Shown one piece after another: positions 54,530 through 64,000 of a stretch of DNA of 64,000 bases. The position numbers were made by a program, and so were the translations under genes. The DNA comes from an uncultured delta proteobacterium (GTDB lineage: Bacteria > Myxococcota_A > Polyangia > Fen-1088). The notes under the pieces are model-generated. The model made no database searches, was not told the DNA's origin, and worked only from the letters and a program-made list of their open reading frames with translations. The stretch is taken from the NCBI GenBank assembly GCA_963737265.1, contig CAVTRY010000018.1, positions 96,001 to 160,000 on the forward strand. Direction: 5' to 3'. Numbering within the stretch: position 1 is the stretch's first letter; every line of letters starts with the position of its first letter.

Positions 54530-57043
54530 ATGAAAACCACCGTTCCACTTTCAAGCCTGCTCCTCCCTTTCACCTTGGTCTGCGGATGCACGGAAAGTGC
54601 GCCGCTCGAACCGACCAGCAAGCCGGCCAAGGCTCTGCTTGAAGAAAACCCACGGTCGCCCGCTTCAGACGAAAACCACGAACGCCTCGATCACATCTTC
54701 TACATCATGATGGAAAACCACGGCACGAGCCAAATCATCGGCAACACTGCTGACGCGCCGACTATCAATGCACTGGCCAGCCAATATGGCCTGCTGACCA
54801 ATTACTTCGGCGTGACCCACCCCAGCCTGCCCAATTACCTCGCGGCAGTCTCGGGAGACTTTCAGGGTATCTGGGACGACTGCAAGGCGGGCTCCGATGT
54901 CACCTGCGCGCCCGAGGAATTCGTGCCCGACTCGGGCGACGCCACTTCCACGGTTCTGCTGACGCCTGCGGAAATCGCCAGCAGCGGCGCCAAACCGCAC
55001 CTCTTCGACGGGGCTAACCTGGTGGATCAGCTCGAGGCGAAGCGGCTGACTTGGAAGGCTTACATGCAGTCCATCCCGGGCGTTGGCTCGACGGTGGAAT
55101 ACGCGCCGGTGGACGTGGTCGCCGGCGTCTCCACGCCACGCAAGCTCTACGCCCAGAAGCACGATCCCTTCATGTACTTTTCGGATATCCGCAGCGATCC
55201 GAAGCGAATGCAGCGGATCGTCCCGTTCGACGGTTTCGCCCACGACCTCAAGAAGGACGACATTCCCAACTTTGTCTGGATCAGTCCCGACCAGTGCCAC
55301 GACATGCATGGCGTCTCCGCGGCCAATGCCGCCGCGGTTGGCATTCCAGACTGCGCGTCGCCCGATTCCGGATTGGATCACAAGGTCATTGCGCTCGGCG
55401 ATGCCTTCCTGAAGACGACGGTGGAAGCCATCATGCATTCGCGCGCGTGGCGCGAAAATTCGGCCATCGTCATCGCCTGGGACGAGAACGATTACACCGG
55501 GACCCAGGGCTGCTGCTCGGCGCCCCTGGGCGCGGGCGGCGATGTTCTTGGCGGCGGTCATGCGCCCGCGCTCGTCATCACCTCGCGCAACGCCCGCCAT
55601 CAGAGCGTGGACACGGCGTTCAACCATTACTCGTTGCTCGGGACCATCCAACGCCTGTGGGGGCTCGACTGCTTGGGCGCCACCTGCGGCTTCGACGATT
55701 CGTCGCTGCTGCTGGGGCTCTTCGATCCCGATGATGCTCGACACGTGCCACACGCGCACGAGGTGCTGGCACTGAGCCGCGTCCGATACGACGGCAACAC
55801 CTTCGACAATACACAAGATTACCCCCTCATCTTCACCGACCCGACAGTGACGGGCATCCAGGGCAGCATCTTCGTCGACATCGTGCCCGCCCTACCGGAC
55901 GCCTCGCCCCTGCGCACGCTTTCGCTCACGGGCATCACGACCAGCTTCAGCTCGAAATCTGAAGGCGCCTTGATGCTTTCGCAGGACCGACGGTTCCTGA
56001 CCTATATGGGCTACGCCGGCGCGGTGGGCGCGGGCGGAGTTTCCAACTCCTACGACACGGCGGCGAACCTGGCCGGCAACACCAATCCGCTCTTCGATCG
56101 CGAGGTCGCGCTCATTGCCGCCGATGGGTCGGTATCCCTGACCGCGGAATCCAATGCCTACAGCGGGGACAATCCGCGAGCGGTCGTCTCGGCCGATGGA
56201 ACGCAGTTCTACATGGCCGGCAATTCCGATTCGACCATTGCCAAAGATAGCACCGGTCCAGGAACCACCATTGGCGCTCGTTACGGCACGCCCGGCTCAG
56301 CGGTTTCCATCGAGCTTGGCGTTTACTTGGCAACAGACCGGCCCGATGAGTCCGCAAAACAACACGTCAAGGATAGTAATTTCCGAGCCATTGGGATCTT
56401 CGGCGGCAACCTGTACGTCGCCAAGGGAAGTGGCGGTAACGGCGACGACGGCGTCTTCCAAGTGCGGAACGGTACGGGCAATGGCCTCCCCCTCGGCACC
56501 GGCAATACCATCGTGCCGCTGTTCAGCGCTCCGGCGACGGATCCGGTCAGCGGGGCACCGTCGCCCTACACGCCGTTCGGATTCTGGTTCGCCAACCCGA
56601 CCACGCTGTATGTCGCGGACGAGGGCTACGCGAACGTGGATTCGAACGGCAACCTCATTCCCGATCCATTGGCCGGCCTGGAAAAGTGGAGCCTGGTCGG
56701 TGGCATCTGGCAGCTCGCCTACGCGCTCACCGCCGGACTCGATCTCTATCAACCGAAGATCGTCCCCGACTATCCGGTCGCGACCTACACGACGGGCCTG
56801 CGCAACATGACCGGCAAGGTGAACGAGGATGGCACGGTGACCATCTACGCGGTTACGTCCCAGTTCAGCTCGATCTCCGCCGGCGAGCCGGATCCCACCA
56901 GGTTGGTCACTATCCGCGATCGGCTGTCGGCAGCATCCGCACCTGCCGCAAATACCGACGACGCACTGGAGGCGTTCGTCACGTTGCAGGGATCCAAGGC
57001 GGGCGAGGTCATCCGGGGCGTCGCGTTCGTGCCCGGCAAATAG
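54530..57043 (+). CDS. lipoprotein phosphoesterase (acid phosphatase/PLC family) fused to a beta-rich C-terminal domain
   Basis: GGAGG RBS, VCGC lipobox, IMMENHG, THPSLPNY, KHDPF, HDMHG, WDE, NHYSLL. Confidence 0.85.
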   Translation: MKTTVPLSSLLLPFTLVCGCTESAPLEPTSKPAKALLEENPRSPASDENHERLDHIFYIMMENHGTSQIIGNTADAPTINALASQYGLLTNYFGVTHPSLPNYLAAVSGDFQGIWDDCKAGSDVTCAPEEFVPDSGDATSTVLLTPAEIASSGAKPHLFDGANLVDQLEAKRLTWKAYMQSIPGVGSTVEYAPVDVVAGVSTPRKLYAQKHDPFMYFSDIRSDPKRMQRIVPFDGFAHDLKKDDIPNFVWISPDQCHDMHGVSAANAAAVGIPDCASPDSGLDHKVIALGDAFLKTTVEAIMHSRAWRENSAIVIAWDENDYTGTQGCCSAPLGAGGDVLGGGHAPALVITSRNARHQSVDTAFNHYSLLGTIQRLWGLDCLGATCGFDDSSLLLGLFDPDDARHVPHAHEVLALSRVRYDGNTFDNTQDYPLIFTDPTVTGIQGSIFVDIVPALPDASPLRTLSLTGITTSFSSKSEGALMLSQDRRFLTYMGYAGAVGAGGVSNSYDTAANLAGNTNPLFDREVALIAADGSVSLTAESNAYSGDNPRAVVSADGTQFYMAGNSDSTIAKDSTGPGTTIGARYGTPGSAVSIELGVYLATDRPDESAKQHVKDSNFRAIGIFGGNLYVAKGSGGNGDDGVFQVRNGTGNGLPLGTGNTIVPLFSAPATDPVSGAPSPYTPFGFWFANPTTLYVADEGYANVDSNGNLIPDPLAGLEKWSLVGGIWQLAYALTAGLDLYQPKIVPDYPVATYTTGLRNMTGKVNEDGTVTIYAVTSQFSSISAGEPDPTRLVTIRDRLSAASAPAANTDDALEAFVTLQGSKAGEVIRGVAFVPGK

Positions 57044-57084
57044 TGGCTTCACAGTTCGGGGAGCGCTCCGGAGATCACTCAGAT

Positions 57085-57730
57085 TGAGCTAAGCCAGTTC
57101 ACCAACCTCGAAGAACAGGGCCTGGATTTGGAAGAAGTCCAGCAGGCCTACACCTTGCTGGGCGCGGACTGGCGCGAGGCGGCCAAGCAGTGGCGCGAGG
57201 CGGGCCATGAATCGCCGCCGGTCATCCTGACCGTCTGCAACCGCACCGAGACGGCCGCGCGCATCGAGCGCCACTTCGTGAAGCGCAATGCCCACTGGCC
57301 CGAGTTGCAGTCGCCGAACCAAACCCTGCGCGTGGATTCCAAGGTGTGGAGAAGGCCGAACTGGGCGAAACGGCAGGCACCGACAAGGACTACGAGAAGC
57401 GGTTGCAGGGCATCGTGGATGCCGTCCGCATTCCCGAGGAGCGCAGGCAAGAGCTGCGGGCCATGAAGAAGGAAGAGCTTCTGCGCGCCATCCTGTGGAA
57501 CGGGGCCAAGCGACGCTACATCCCCGACTTCCTGATTCACCTGACCAACGACAAGACCCTGGTGCTGGAGATCAAGGGCGAGGACAGCGAACAGAACCGC
57601 GCTAAGCTGGCCGCCATGAGCGCCTGGGTGGACGCGGTGAACGGCAAGGGCGGCTTCGGGCTAGTGCTACGATGTCGTCTACGAGATGGCAAAGATGCAG
57701 GACGTGCTGGGGTTGCGCGGGAGATAGCAT
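57085..57730 (+). pseudogene. type III restriction subunit remnant (BPTD_3080-like)
   Basis: PPVILTVCNRTETA, TLRVDSKV, then a deletion to YIPDFLI..LEIKG. Confidence 0.75.
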
Positions 57731-58074
57731 GCTGCCTGCCCGCGCACGCCGCACGAAGAAGACCGCAGCATCGCCGCGAGCGGCTCGTGCGCCGAAGAAT
57801 TCGCCTCGGAGCGACGCGCCGCTAGTCGATGTGGTTGGCGATTCGAGCACGTTCACAGCGGTGCGCGCGGAGGCTCCGGACAACCCGATGTCGACGCCCC
57901 CGAGCCACCGTGCCAAGTGGCAAAGGCGCCGGTGACGCAATCGCTCAGGCTTGCCAAGGGAGTTCCAAATGCAAAGAACACGCGCGCCAAGGACTGCTCT
58001 CTCGTGCCCCAACAACAAGGACGGTGAGTCCGAGTGGCGGCGATGTAGACGGGTGGGTTGCACGGGTCCGGGTT

Positions 58075-58990
58075 TCATGACTGGGCGGCCTGGGCTTGGG
58101 TGTGAGGCCAGAGGGCGAGCCAGGCCCCCGGGTTGTAGAAGGCAACCCTGAGCGCGACCATGGCTTCAAGGCCGACCTCGCTCCAGAGCATGCCGCCTTG
58201 CTTGCAGCGCCGGCCGACGAGGCGCTTGTTGGTGCTTTCGATGGCGGCACTGGCCAGCGGATAGCCGGCAGCATGGTATGCGGGGTAGTCCATCATGTGC
58301 TTGTGGCGGCTCAGGTAGCCGGTCAAGTCGTCGAGGGCTTTGACCGCTTGGCTGCCGGTGGAGCGCTGCCGCTCTTGGGCGAGGCCCGAGAGCACCTGGT
58401 CGACCTTGCCGTCCATGATGGCCTCGGTACGTGGCAAGACCCAAGATGGCACTGCTTTCTTGTCCGGCACGACCTTGTGACCTGCCTCCCAGACATGCTG
58501 CTTGGCGTGCTGGCAGTCGAGGATGCCAAGCAACGGCTGGTCGCAGAAGATCTCGTCGCTGTGCTCGATGAAGTAAGCGCCACCGTCGGAGACACGGACT
58601 ACCTTCTGGCGAGACAGCACGCCCTGGGTCGTGGCGGCGGCGTGCAGCTTGTGCCAAAAGCCGTCTCGGTCGTTGAGTGTTGCGACGTAGCGCCGGTCCA
58701 GCAAGACGCCTCGGCCGGGGCTCTCCTCGCAGGCGTGTTCCCCGAGGTAGGTCAGTCCCATGCACACCTCGCGGCCGGCGACCCGTGGTGAGCGCCCGGT
58801 GGGCCCCATGGGCGAGCCAGCGACCTCGGACAGGGTACTCGGCGCCTGATGGCGAAGGGCACGTTCGCCGGTCTCGCTGACCGCTGCCGACTGTGTGGCG
58901 TTCGGGACCGCAGACGGCGCCTTCGCCTCGTCGGTCGCTTTGCGCCGTGGCTCTTGTCCTGGTTTCCAGGTCAGGACGTGAACACCGTCG
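58075..58990 (-). mobile_element. ISKra4/UPF0236-type transposase, N-terminus missing
   Basis: DGVHV, SDGG, LDCQHA, MDY..GYPLASAAIES..GMLWS; the 5' part is replaced by the repeat array. Confidence 0.8.
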
Positions 58991-59405
58991 GTTCCCGGTT
59001 CCCCGGTCCGAGGGTCGTTCGCGCCTGGTTCGGTTCCCGGTCCGAGGGTCGGGTTCCCGGTTCCCTGGTTCCCGGTCCGAGGGTCATGCATGGGTTCCCG
59101 GTCCGAGGGTCGTTCGCGGGAAACGAACAACGGATCGCAGTTCCGGTTCCGGTTCCCGGTCCGAGGGTCGTTCGCGGGAAACGAACAACGGATCGCGGTT
59201 CCGGTTCCGGTTCCCGGTCCGAGGGTCGTTCGCGGGAAACGAACAACGGATCGGGCAGTCGCACGAGCCGTGGTTCGGTGGTTCCGGTCCGAGGGTCGTT
59301 CGCGGGAAACGAAACAACGGATCGGGCAGTCGCACGAGCCGTTTGGTTCCGGTCCGAGGGTCGTTCGCGGGAAACGAACAACGGATCGGGCAGTCGCACG
59401 AGCCG
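58990..59405 (+). repeat. left REP-like irregular array (8 copies of GGTCCGAGGGTC)
   Basis: Five copies extend to GTTCGCGGGAAACGAACAACGGATCG; linkers are GGTTCC(C) iterations. Confidence 0.92.
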
Positions 59406-59555
59406 CGGGCCCGGAGCAACATTCCGGTGCTACGGTGAGGCCTCCAGAATCGACAAGCAGCGATCACACGGCAAGATCTGAAGACAGAGAGGGGCCTTGT
59501 GATGTTACAAGCGGGGGCGGGGGACCGCGATTTTCATTCGATGGGGAGGCACCAG

Positions 59556-60510
59556 TTAGGCGGCGCCAGGCTCCAAGGGCGGGCGGAGGATCGCTTGCTC
59601 GACAGCTTCGGCGGCATCGCAGGCGACCTTGCCGAACTTGCGCATCCAGTAGGTGCCGAAGGGAAACACGATGTTCGCCAAACCAGCCATGTGACCCAGG
59701 AAGGCATCCCGGTATCTCTCAATGAAGCCTCGGTTGCGCAGGAGCGCCTCGATACGCGCCCACTTGTTCTTCGCGGCCACGCGCGGGCTCATCTGAAATC
59801 GTGGTGCATGGCTCTGTGGACAGTGAAAAGGATTCTGCTCTAGGATTCGGTCCCGTCCGAGCACGGTGATGCCCTTGGCGACCCGCCGCCGCTGGCGATG
59901 GTCTGCTTCCTCGGCGCGAACGCTTTCGGTAACGAGGCTGGCCCATTCGCGCTGATCGAGGTGCTGATAGCCCCGTGGCCGCGCGATGGGTAGGCTGGCG
60001 ATTTCGGGCAAGTCGCCGTCGTCGCGAAAGAAATGCTTCGGCCGCGTCGCGGCGAGTTGGCCGCCCGAAATGGTGGCCTGGAACGTGGCGACGCCAGGCC
60101 ATTCCTCGACGGTGTCGACCAGAATCCGCGGCGGTCGGATTGGTGAAAGCGTAGGTCATCTTGTCGAGGATGTCGTTGGGCTCGACCAGATGAACGACGG
60201 AGGTCGGCTCCGATGACCAGAAGCCTTCGTAGCGGCCAAGATAGGCGTTTTGGCAGCGAGCGAGTAGGCCGTGAAAATGTTCGATGAAGACGGGGAAGTT
60301 GCCATCGGGGTCGTGGATGCCGGTGTGGTGGTGGTTCGAGAGAGCCACCGAGAAGGTGACCTCCACCTTGGCCCGCCTGGCGGCCAAGGCCAGGCAGTAG
60401 ATGAAGGCATTGTTGGTGTCTTCATCCGGGCGCAGGAAGAAGCGCCGCTCGGAACAGCGGCGGGTAATCATGTAGTCACGGCCGGGCACGACCTGGCGAG
60501 GGAGGGTCAT
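59556..60510 (-). CDS. RAYT-type HUH (Y1) transposase (frameshift near 60125)
   Basis: PRQVVPG..ITRRC, SNHHH HUH motif, FW, YAFTNP catalytic Tyr, EEWPG. Confidence 0.85.
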
Positions 60511-60755
60511 GCATGGGTTCTCGGAAACGGCAGCAGAAAGTTGCGAGGGAAAGTACCCTCGGGGTGGATTTGAGGGAAAGTACCCTCGGAGGGGGATTTC
60601 GGGAGGGGGATTTCGGAAAGTACCCTCGGAGGGGGATTTTTCATCCGGGCGCAGGAAGAAGCGCCGCTCGGAACAGCGGCGGGTAATCATGTAGTCACGG
60701 CCGGGCACGACCTGGCGAGGGAGGGTCATGCATGGGTTCTCGGAAACGGCAGCAG
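60421..60755. repeat. 116-bp duplication of the RAYT 5' end (60421-60536 and 60640-60755) separated by three array units
   Basis: Identical sequence; in-frame repeat of MTLPRQ..LRPDE. Confidence 0.92.
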
Positions 60756-60868
60756 CTGCTGAGCGACAATTACATCTCCCCAAAGACGACAGCTACGTCG
60801 CCCCGCTTTGAGGCGCGACGGTGACCGTGAGGTAGACCTCCAAGCCCGCAAGCGGGCAGGAGGCACCT

Positions 60869-62369
60869 TTGAAGCCGGTCACCGACGCCCAAGTGAGGCG
60901 TTTGATGGAAGAGATGAGCAAGATTGGAAAAGTAGGCCAGGCCGCCATGAAGGCGGGCATGGACCGGAAGACAGGGCGGCGATACATCGCTGCGGGCAAG
61001 CTACCGTCGGAGCTACGGCAGCCGCGGTGGTGGCGGACGCGCCCTGACGCGTTCGCCGAGGACTGGCCAGCCGTGGCCAAGTTGCTGGAGGAAACGCCTG
61101 GGCTGGAGGCTCAGACGGTGCTGGAGCTGCTGGAGGCGAAGCAGCCAGGGCGGTACAACGAGAGCCATCTTCGGACAATGCAGCGGCGAATCCGTCGCTG
61201 GCGGGCCGAGCATGGTCCTGCGCGTGAGATTTGGTTCACGCAGGCGCATCGGCCCGGTGAAGCCGCGCAAACCGACTTCACGTCGACGGCGGAGCTTGGT
61301 GTGACGATCGTGGGCCAGCTATTTGTGCACCTTTTGTGCGTGACGGTGCTGCCGTACTCGAACTGGCAATGGGCGACCGCGTGTCTGTCGGAGTCTCTGG
61401 CAGCGCTTCGGCGAGGGATCCAGTCGGCGCTGTTCCAGCTTGGGCGGGTGCCGCGATACCACCAAACCGACCACTCGACGGCGGCGACACATCAGATCGC
61501 TCGCGATGCGGAAGATCGCACTTTCAACGATGAATACAAGGCGGTCATGCGGCACCTCGGAATGGAGCCACGAACTACAGCCGTCGGGGCCAAGGAACAA
61601 AACGGCGATGTGGAGGCCAGCAACGGCGCGCTCAAGCGTCGGCTTGAACAAGCGTTGCTGGTGCGTGGCAGCCGCGACTTCGCGGACCAAGACGACTACG
61701 AACGCTTCGTAGCCAAGGTGGTCCGCAAAGCCAACGCTTCGCGAGGCCCGCGCGTCGCCGAGGAGATCGAAGCCATGCGGCCGCTGGTGGTGGAGCGTTT
61801 GCCGGAGTACGCAGAAATGACGGCACCTGTGGCGTCGACGAGCACCATCCGGGTCAAGTCGTGCGCCTACTCGGTGCCGTCGAGGCTGATCGGCGCACGG
61901 GTGAGAGTCCGCGTGTTCGAGCACCGAATCGAGGTGTACTACGCCGACAACTTGGAATTGGCCTGCGACAGGCTGCGAGGCAAGACCGCGCGCATCGACT
62001 ACCGGCACGTCATCTGGTCTTTGGTGCGCAAGCCGGGCGCGTTTTCTCGCTACGTCTACCGAGAAGAGCTGTTTCCAAGCGTGACTTTCAGGCGGGCATA
62101 CGACGCGATCCAGGCGACCAAGCCTGGAATCAAAGGCGACGTTGAATACCTGCGCATTCTTCACCTGGCCGCCAGCACGATGGAAGCCGATGTCGAGCAA
62201 GCGCTCACGACTCTGCTTGCCGATGGGACCATCTTGACGGCGGATGCAACCAAGAAGAGATGCACACAGGCGACGGACAGTACCTATCCACCGAGCGTCC
62301 CCGCGCTCGAAGCACCGCTGGTCGATCTCCGCGTCCTACGACCTGCTCCTCGAACAGGTGGCATCATGA
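60869..62369 (+). CDS. istA: IS21 transposase (extra base near 62330 fuses it to istB)
   Basis: MDRKT HTH, QTDF, TDH, NGDVE, YSVPSRLIG. Confidence 0.92.
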
Positions 62370-63214
62370 CCAACGTCTCCGTAGACACGGTCAAGCCGAG
62401 CGCGCTCGACGCTCTGCTGGTGCTTCTGCGCGCGCTCAAGCTGCCTGCCTTCACCCGGCACGCCGAGGAGATCGCGATCAAGGCCAGCCGCGAGGGGTGG
62501 ACCTTCAGCCAATACCTCCAGCACCTGGCCGAACTGGAAATCGAAGAGCGCCGAACCCGTCGCATCGATCGCGCGCTTCGCGATTCGGACCTTCCCACGG
62601 AGAAAACCCTGGCCACCCTGGAACGTGGTCGGCTGTCACCCAAGGTGATGAAGCAGATGGCGAGCCTGTGTGAGGGTGGCTTTGTCGAACGTGGGGAGAA
62701 CCTGCTCGTCTTCGGACTGCCCGGCCGAGGCAAAAGTCACGTTGTGGCTGCCATCGGCCACGAACTCATCCGGCGCGGCTACCGGGTCCTCTTCACGCCG
62801 ACCTTCGCGCTTGTCCAGAGGCTGCTGGCCGCCAAGCGCGACCTTCGCCTGGAACGAGAACTGGCCGCGCTCGACATCTATCACGCCGTGATCCTCGACG
62901 ACATCGGCTACGTCCAGCAGAGCCGCGATGAAATGGAGGTCCTTTTCACCTTCCTGGCCGAGCGGTACGAACGCAAGAGCGTCCTCATCACCAGCAACCT
63001 GGTCTTCAGCGATTGGATCCGCATTTTCAAGGATCCCATGACCACCGCCGCCGCCATCGACCGACTGGTCCACCACGCGGTCATCCTTGAGATGACCGGC
63101 CCCAGCTACCGCAGCGAAGAAGCACGAAAGAGAGGCGTCACCACCCCAGCGACAACTACGACAACTACCGATCAACCAACGACAACTACCCCCGACAACA
63201 ATGGGGCGATGTAA
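62366..63214 (+). CDS. istB: IS21 helper ATPase
   Basis: GLPGRGKS, LDDIGY, ERYE, ITSN, IDRLVHH, GPSYR. Confidence 0.95.
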   Translation: MTNVSVDTVKPSALDALLVLLRALKLPAFTRHAEEIAIKASREGWTFSQYLQHLAELEIEERRTRRIDRALRDSDLPTEKTLATLERGRLSPKVMKQMASLCEGGFVERGENLLVFGLPGRGKSHVVAAIGHELIRRGYRVLFTPTFALVQRLLAAKRDLRLERELAALDIYHAVILDDIGYVQQSRDEMEVLFTFLAERYERKSVLITSNLVFSDWIRIFKDPMTTAAAIDRLVHHAVILEMTGPSYRSEEARKRGVTTPATTTTTTDQPTTTTPDNNGAM

Positions 63215-63267
63215 TTGACGTCACCGGGTGAATGTAGTTGACGTCCAGCAGCAGCAGAAAGTTGCGA

Positions 63268-63687
63268 GGGAAAGTACCCTCGGAGGGGGATTTTCCGGAG
63301 GGGGATTCGGGGAGGGGGATTCGGGAAAGTACCCTCGGAGGGGGATTTGGGATTTGGGATTTCGGAGGGGGATTTCGGAAAGTACCCTCGGAGGGGGATT
63401 TCCAAGAGGGGGATTCGGGAAAGTACCCTCGGAGGGGGATTTCGGGAGGGGGATTTCGGAGAGGGGAAAGTACCCTCGGAGGGGGATTTCAGGGGGAAAG
63501 TACCCTCGGAGGGGGATTTCGGAGGGGGATTTCGGAAAGTACCCTCGGAGGGGGATTTCAGGGGGATTTCTCAAGAGGGGGATTCGGGAAAGTACCCTCG
63601 GAGGGGGATTTCGAGCGGGAAAGTACCCTCGGAGGGGGATTTCGAGGGGAAAGTACCCTCGGAGGTGGATTTCCGAGGGGGATTTCC
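63268..63687 (-). repeat. right REP-like irregular array (10 copies of GGAAAGTACCCTCGGA on the + strand)
   Basis: Units GGAAAGTACCCTCGGAGGGGGATTT interspersed with partial GAGGGGGATTTC iterations. Confidence 0.95.
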
Positions 63688-63705
63688 ACAGCCTTGATTC
63701 ATCCA

Positions 63706-63735
63706 TTGACTCCTTTGCCCTTGATCCTCTACACT
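63706..63735 (+). promoter_or_regulatory. possible sigma70 promoter
   Basis: TTGACT-N18-TACACT. Confidence 0.3.
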
Positions 63736-64000
63736 GCTGCGAATCCAGCTTTTCATTGATGTGGTATCCACGACATTTCAGATCCCGACGCTGCGGATAT
63801 CGACGCCATTCATGTTACCGCGTCCGGCAAGGACGCCCCTCTGGTTGATGGGCGAAAGGCGTCACCTTCGCGCTGCACGGGCGGAGGCGCTGTGCGCGGT
63901 GAGCGCTCAATTATTCATTCGTTGATGCCGAAGAGTATTCTCGGAACAAGGGCGGGTTGTCCGTGCCTTGTCAAAACGAAACACCAGTAGAAAGCGGCTC

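Larger units (their letters stand above)
60757..63250 (+). mobile_element. IS21-family element
   Basis: Ends TGCTGAGCGACAATTACAT / ATGTAGTTGACGTCCAGCA, internal repeat of the right end, GCAGC on both flanks. Confidence 0.93.

Noticed and set aside
59100-59405. CRISPR array (about 38-bp hairpin repeats with 20-30-bp gaps)
   Set aside because: The gaps are GGTTCC stutters or copies of the same flank rather than unique spacers; spacing is irregular and no cas genes are in view.
58849-59725. Repetitive ORFs over the left array
   Set aside because: Open in several frames because the repeat lacks stop codons.
63221-63848. ORFs with EIPLRGYFP / KYPRRGIS repeats
   Set aside because: Open frames produced by the DNA repeat on both strands; no convincing start or protein features.

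Overview
GC-rich bacterial window with myxobacterial hallmarks (Ser/Thr kinases, TIGR02266-type protein, bactofilin beside a split atp operon). Bases 1-27,123 look like core chromosome: a two-domain kinase, a PLD protein, a pseudokinase, a sigma54-type YHS-cusCBA-like metal efflux operon with its two-component system, thioredoxin, a UDP-sugar pyrophosphorylase, atpF'FHAGDC, bactofilin, ggt, an amidohydrolase and tRNA-Asn. After the tRNA comes a ~37-kb accessory region. It holds decayed type I and type III restriction-modification genes, a phosphate and metal scavenging block (two lipoprotein phosphoesterases, TonB and two receptors, plus an OprO/P porin further upstream), an ISAs1-type miniature element and an ISKra4 remnant. 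Two loci stand out. (1) A translationally coupled operon encoding a 72-aa 'GYNPNSSS' peptide, a radical SAM/SPASM enzyme and a HupE/UreJ protein, preceded by a TPR-like membrane protein. (2) A RAYT-type HUH transposase flanked on both sides by inward-facing irregular arrays that share the core TCCGAGGGT, with an IS21 inserted in one copy. Many single-base frameshifts in otherwise intact genes suggest uncorrected sequencing indels, so pseudogene calls based on frameshifts alone are tentative. All family assignments come from motif recognition; no database searches were run.
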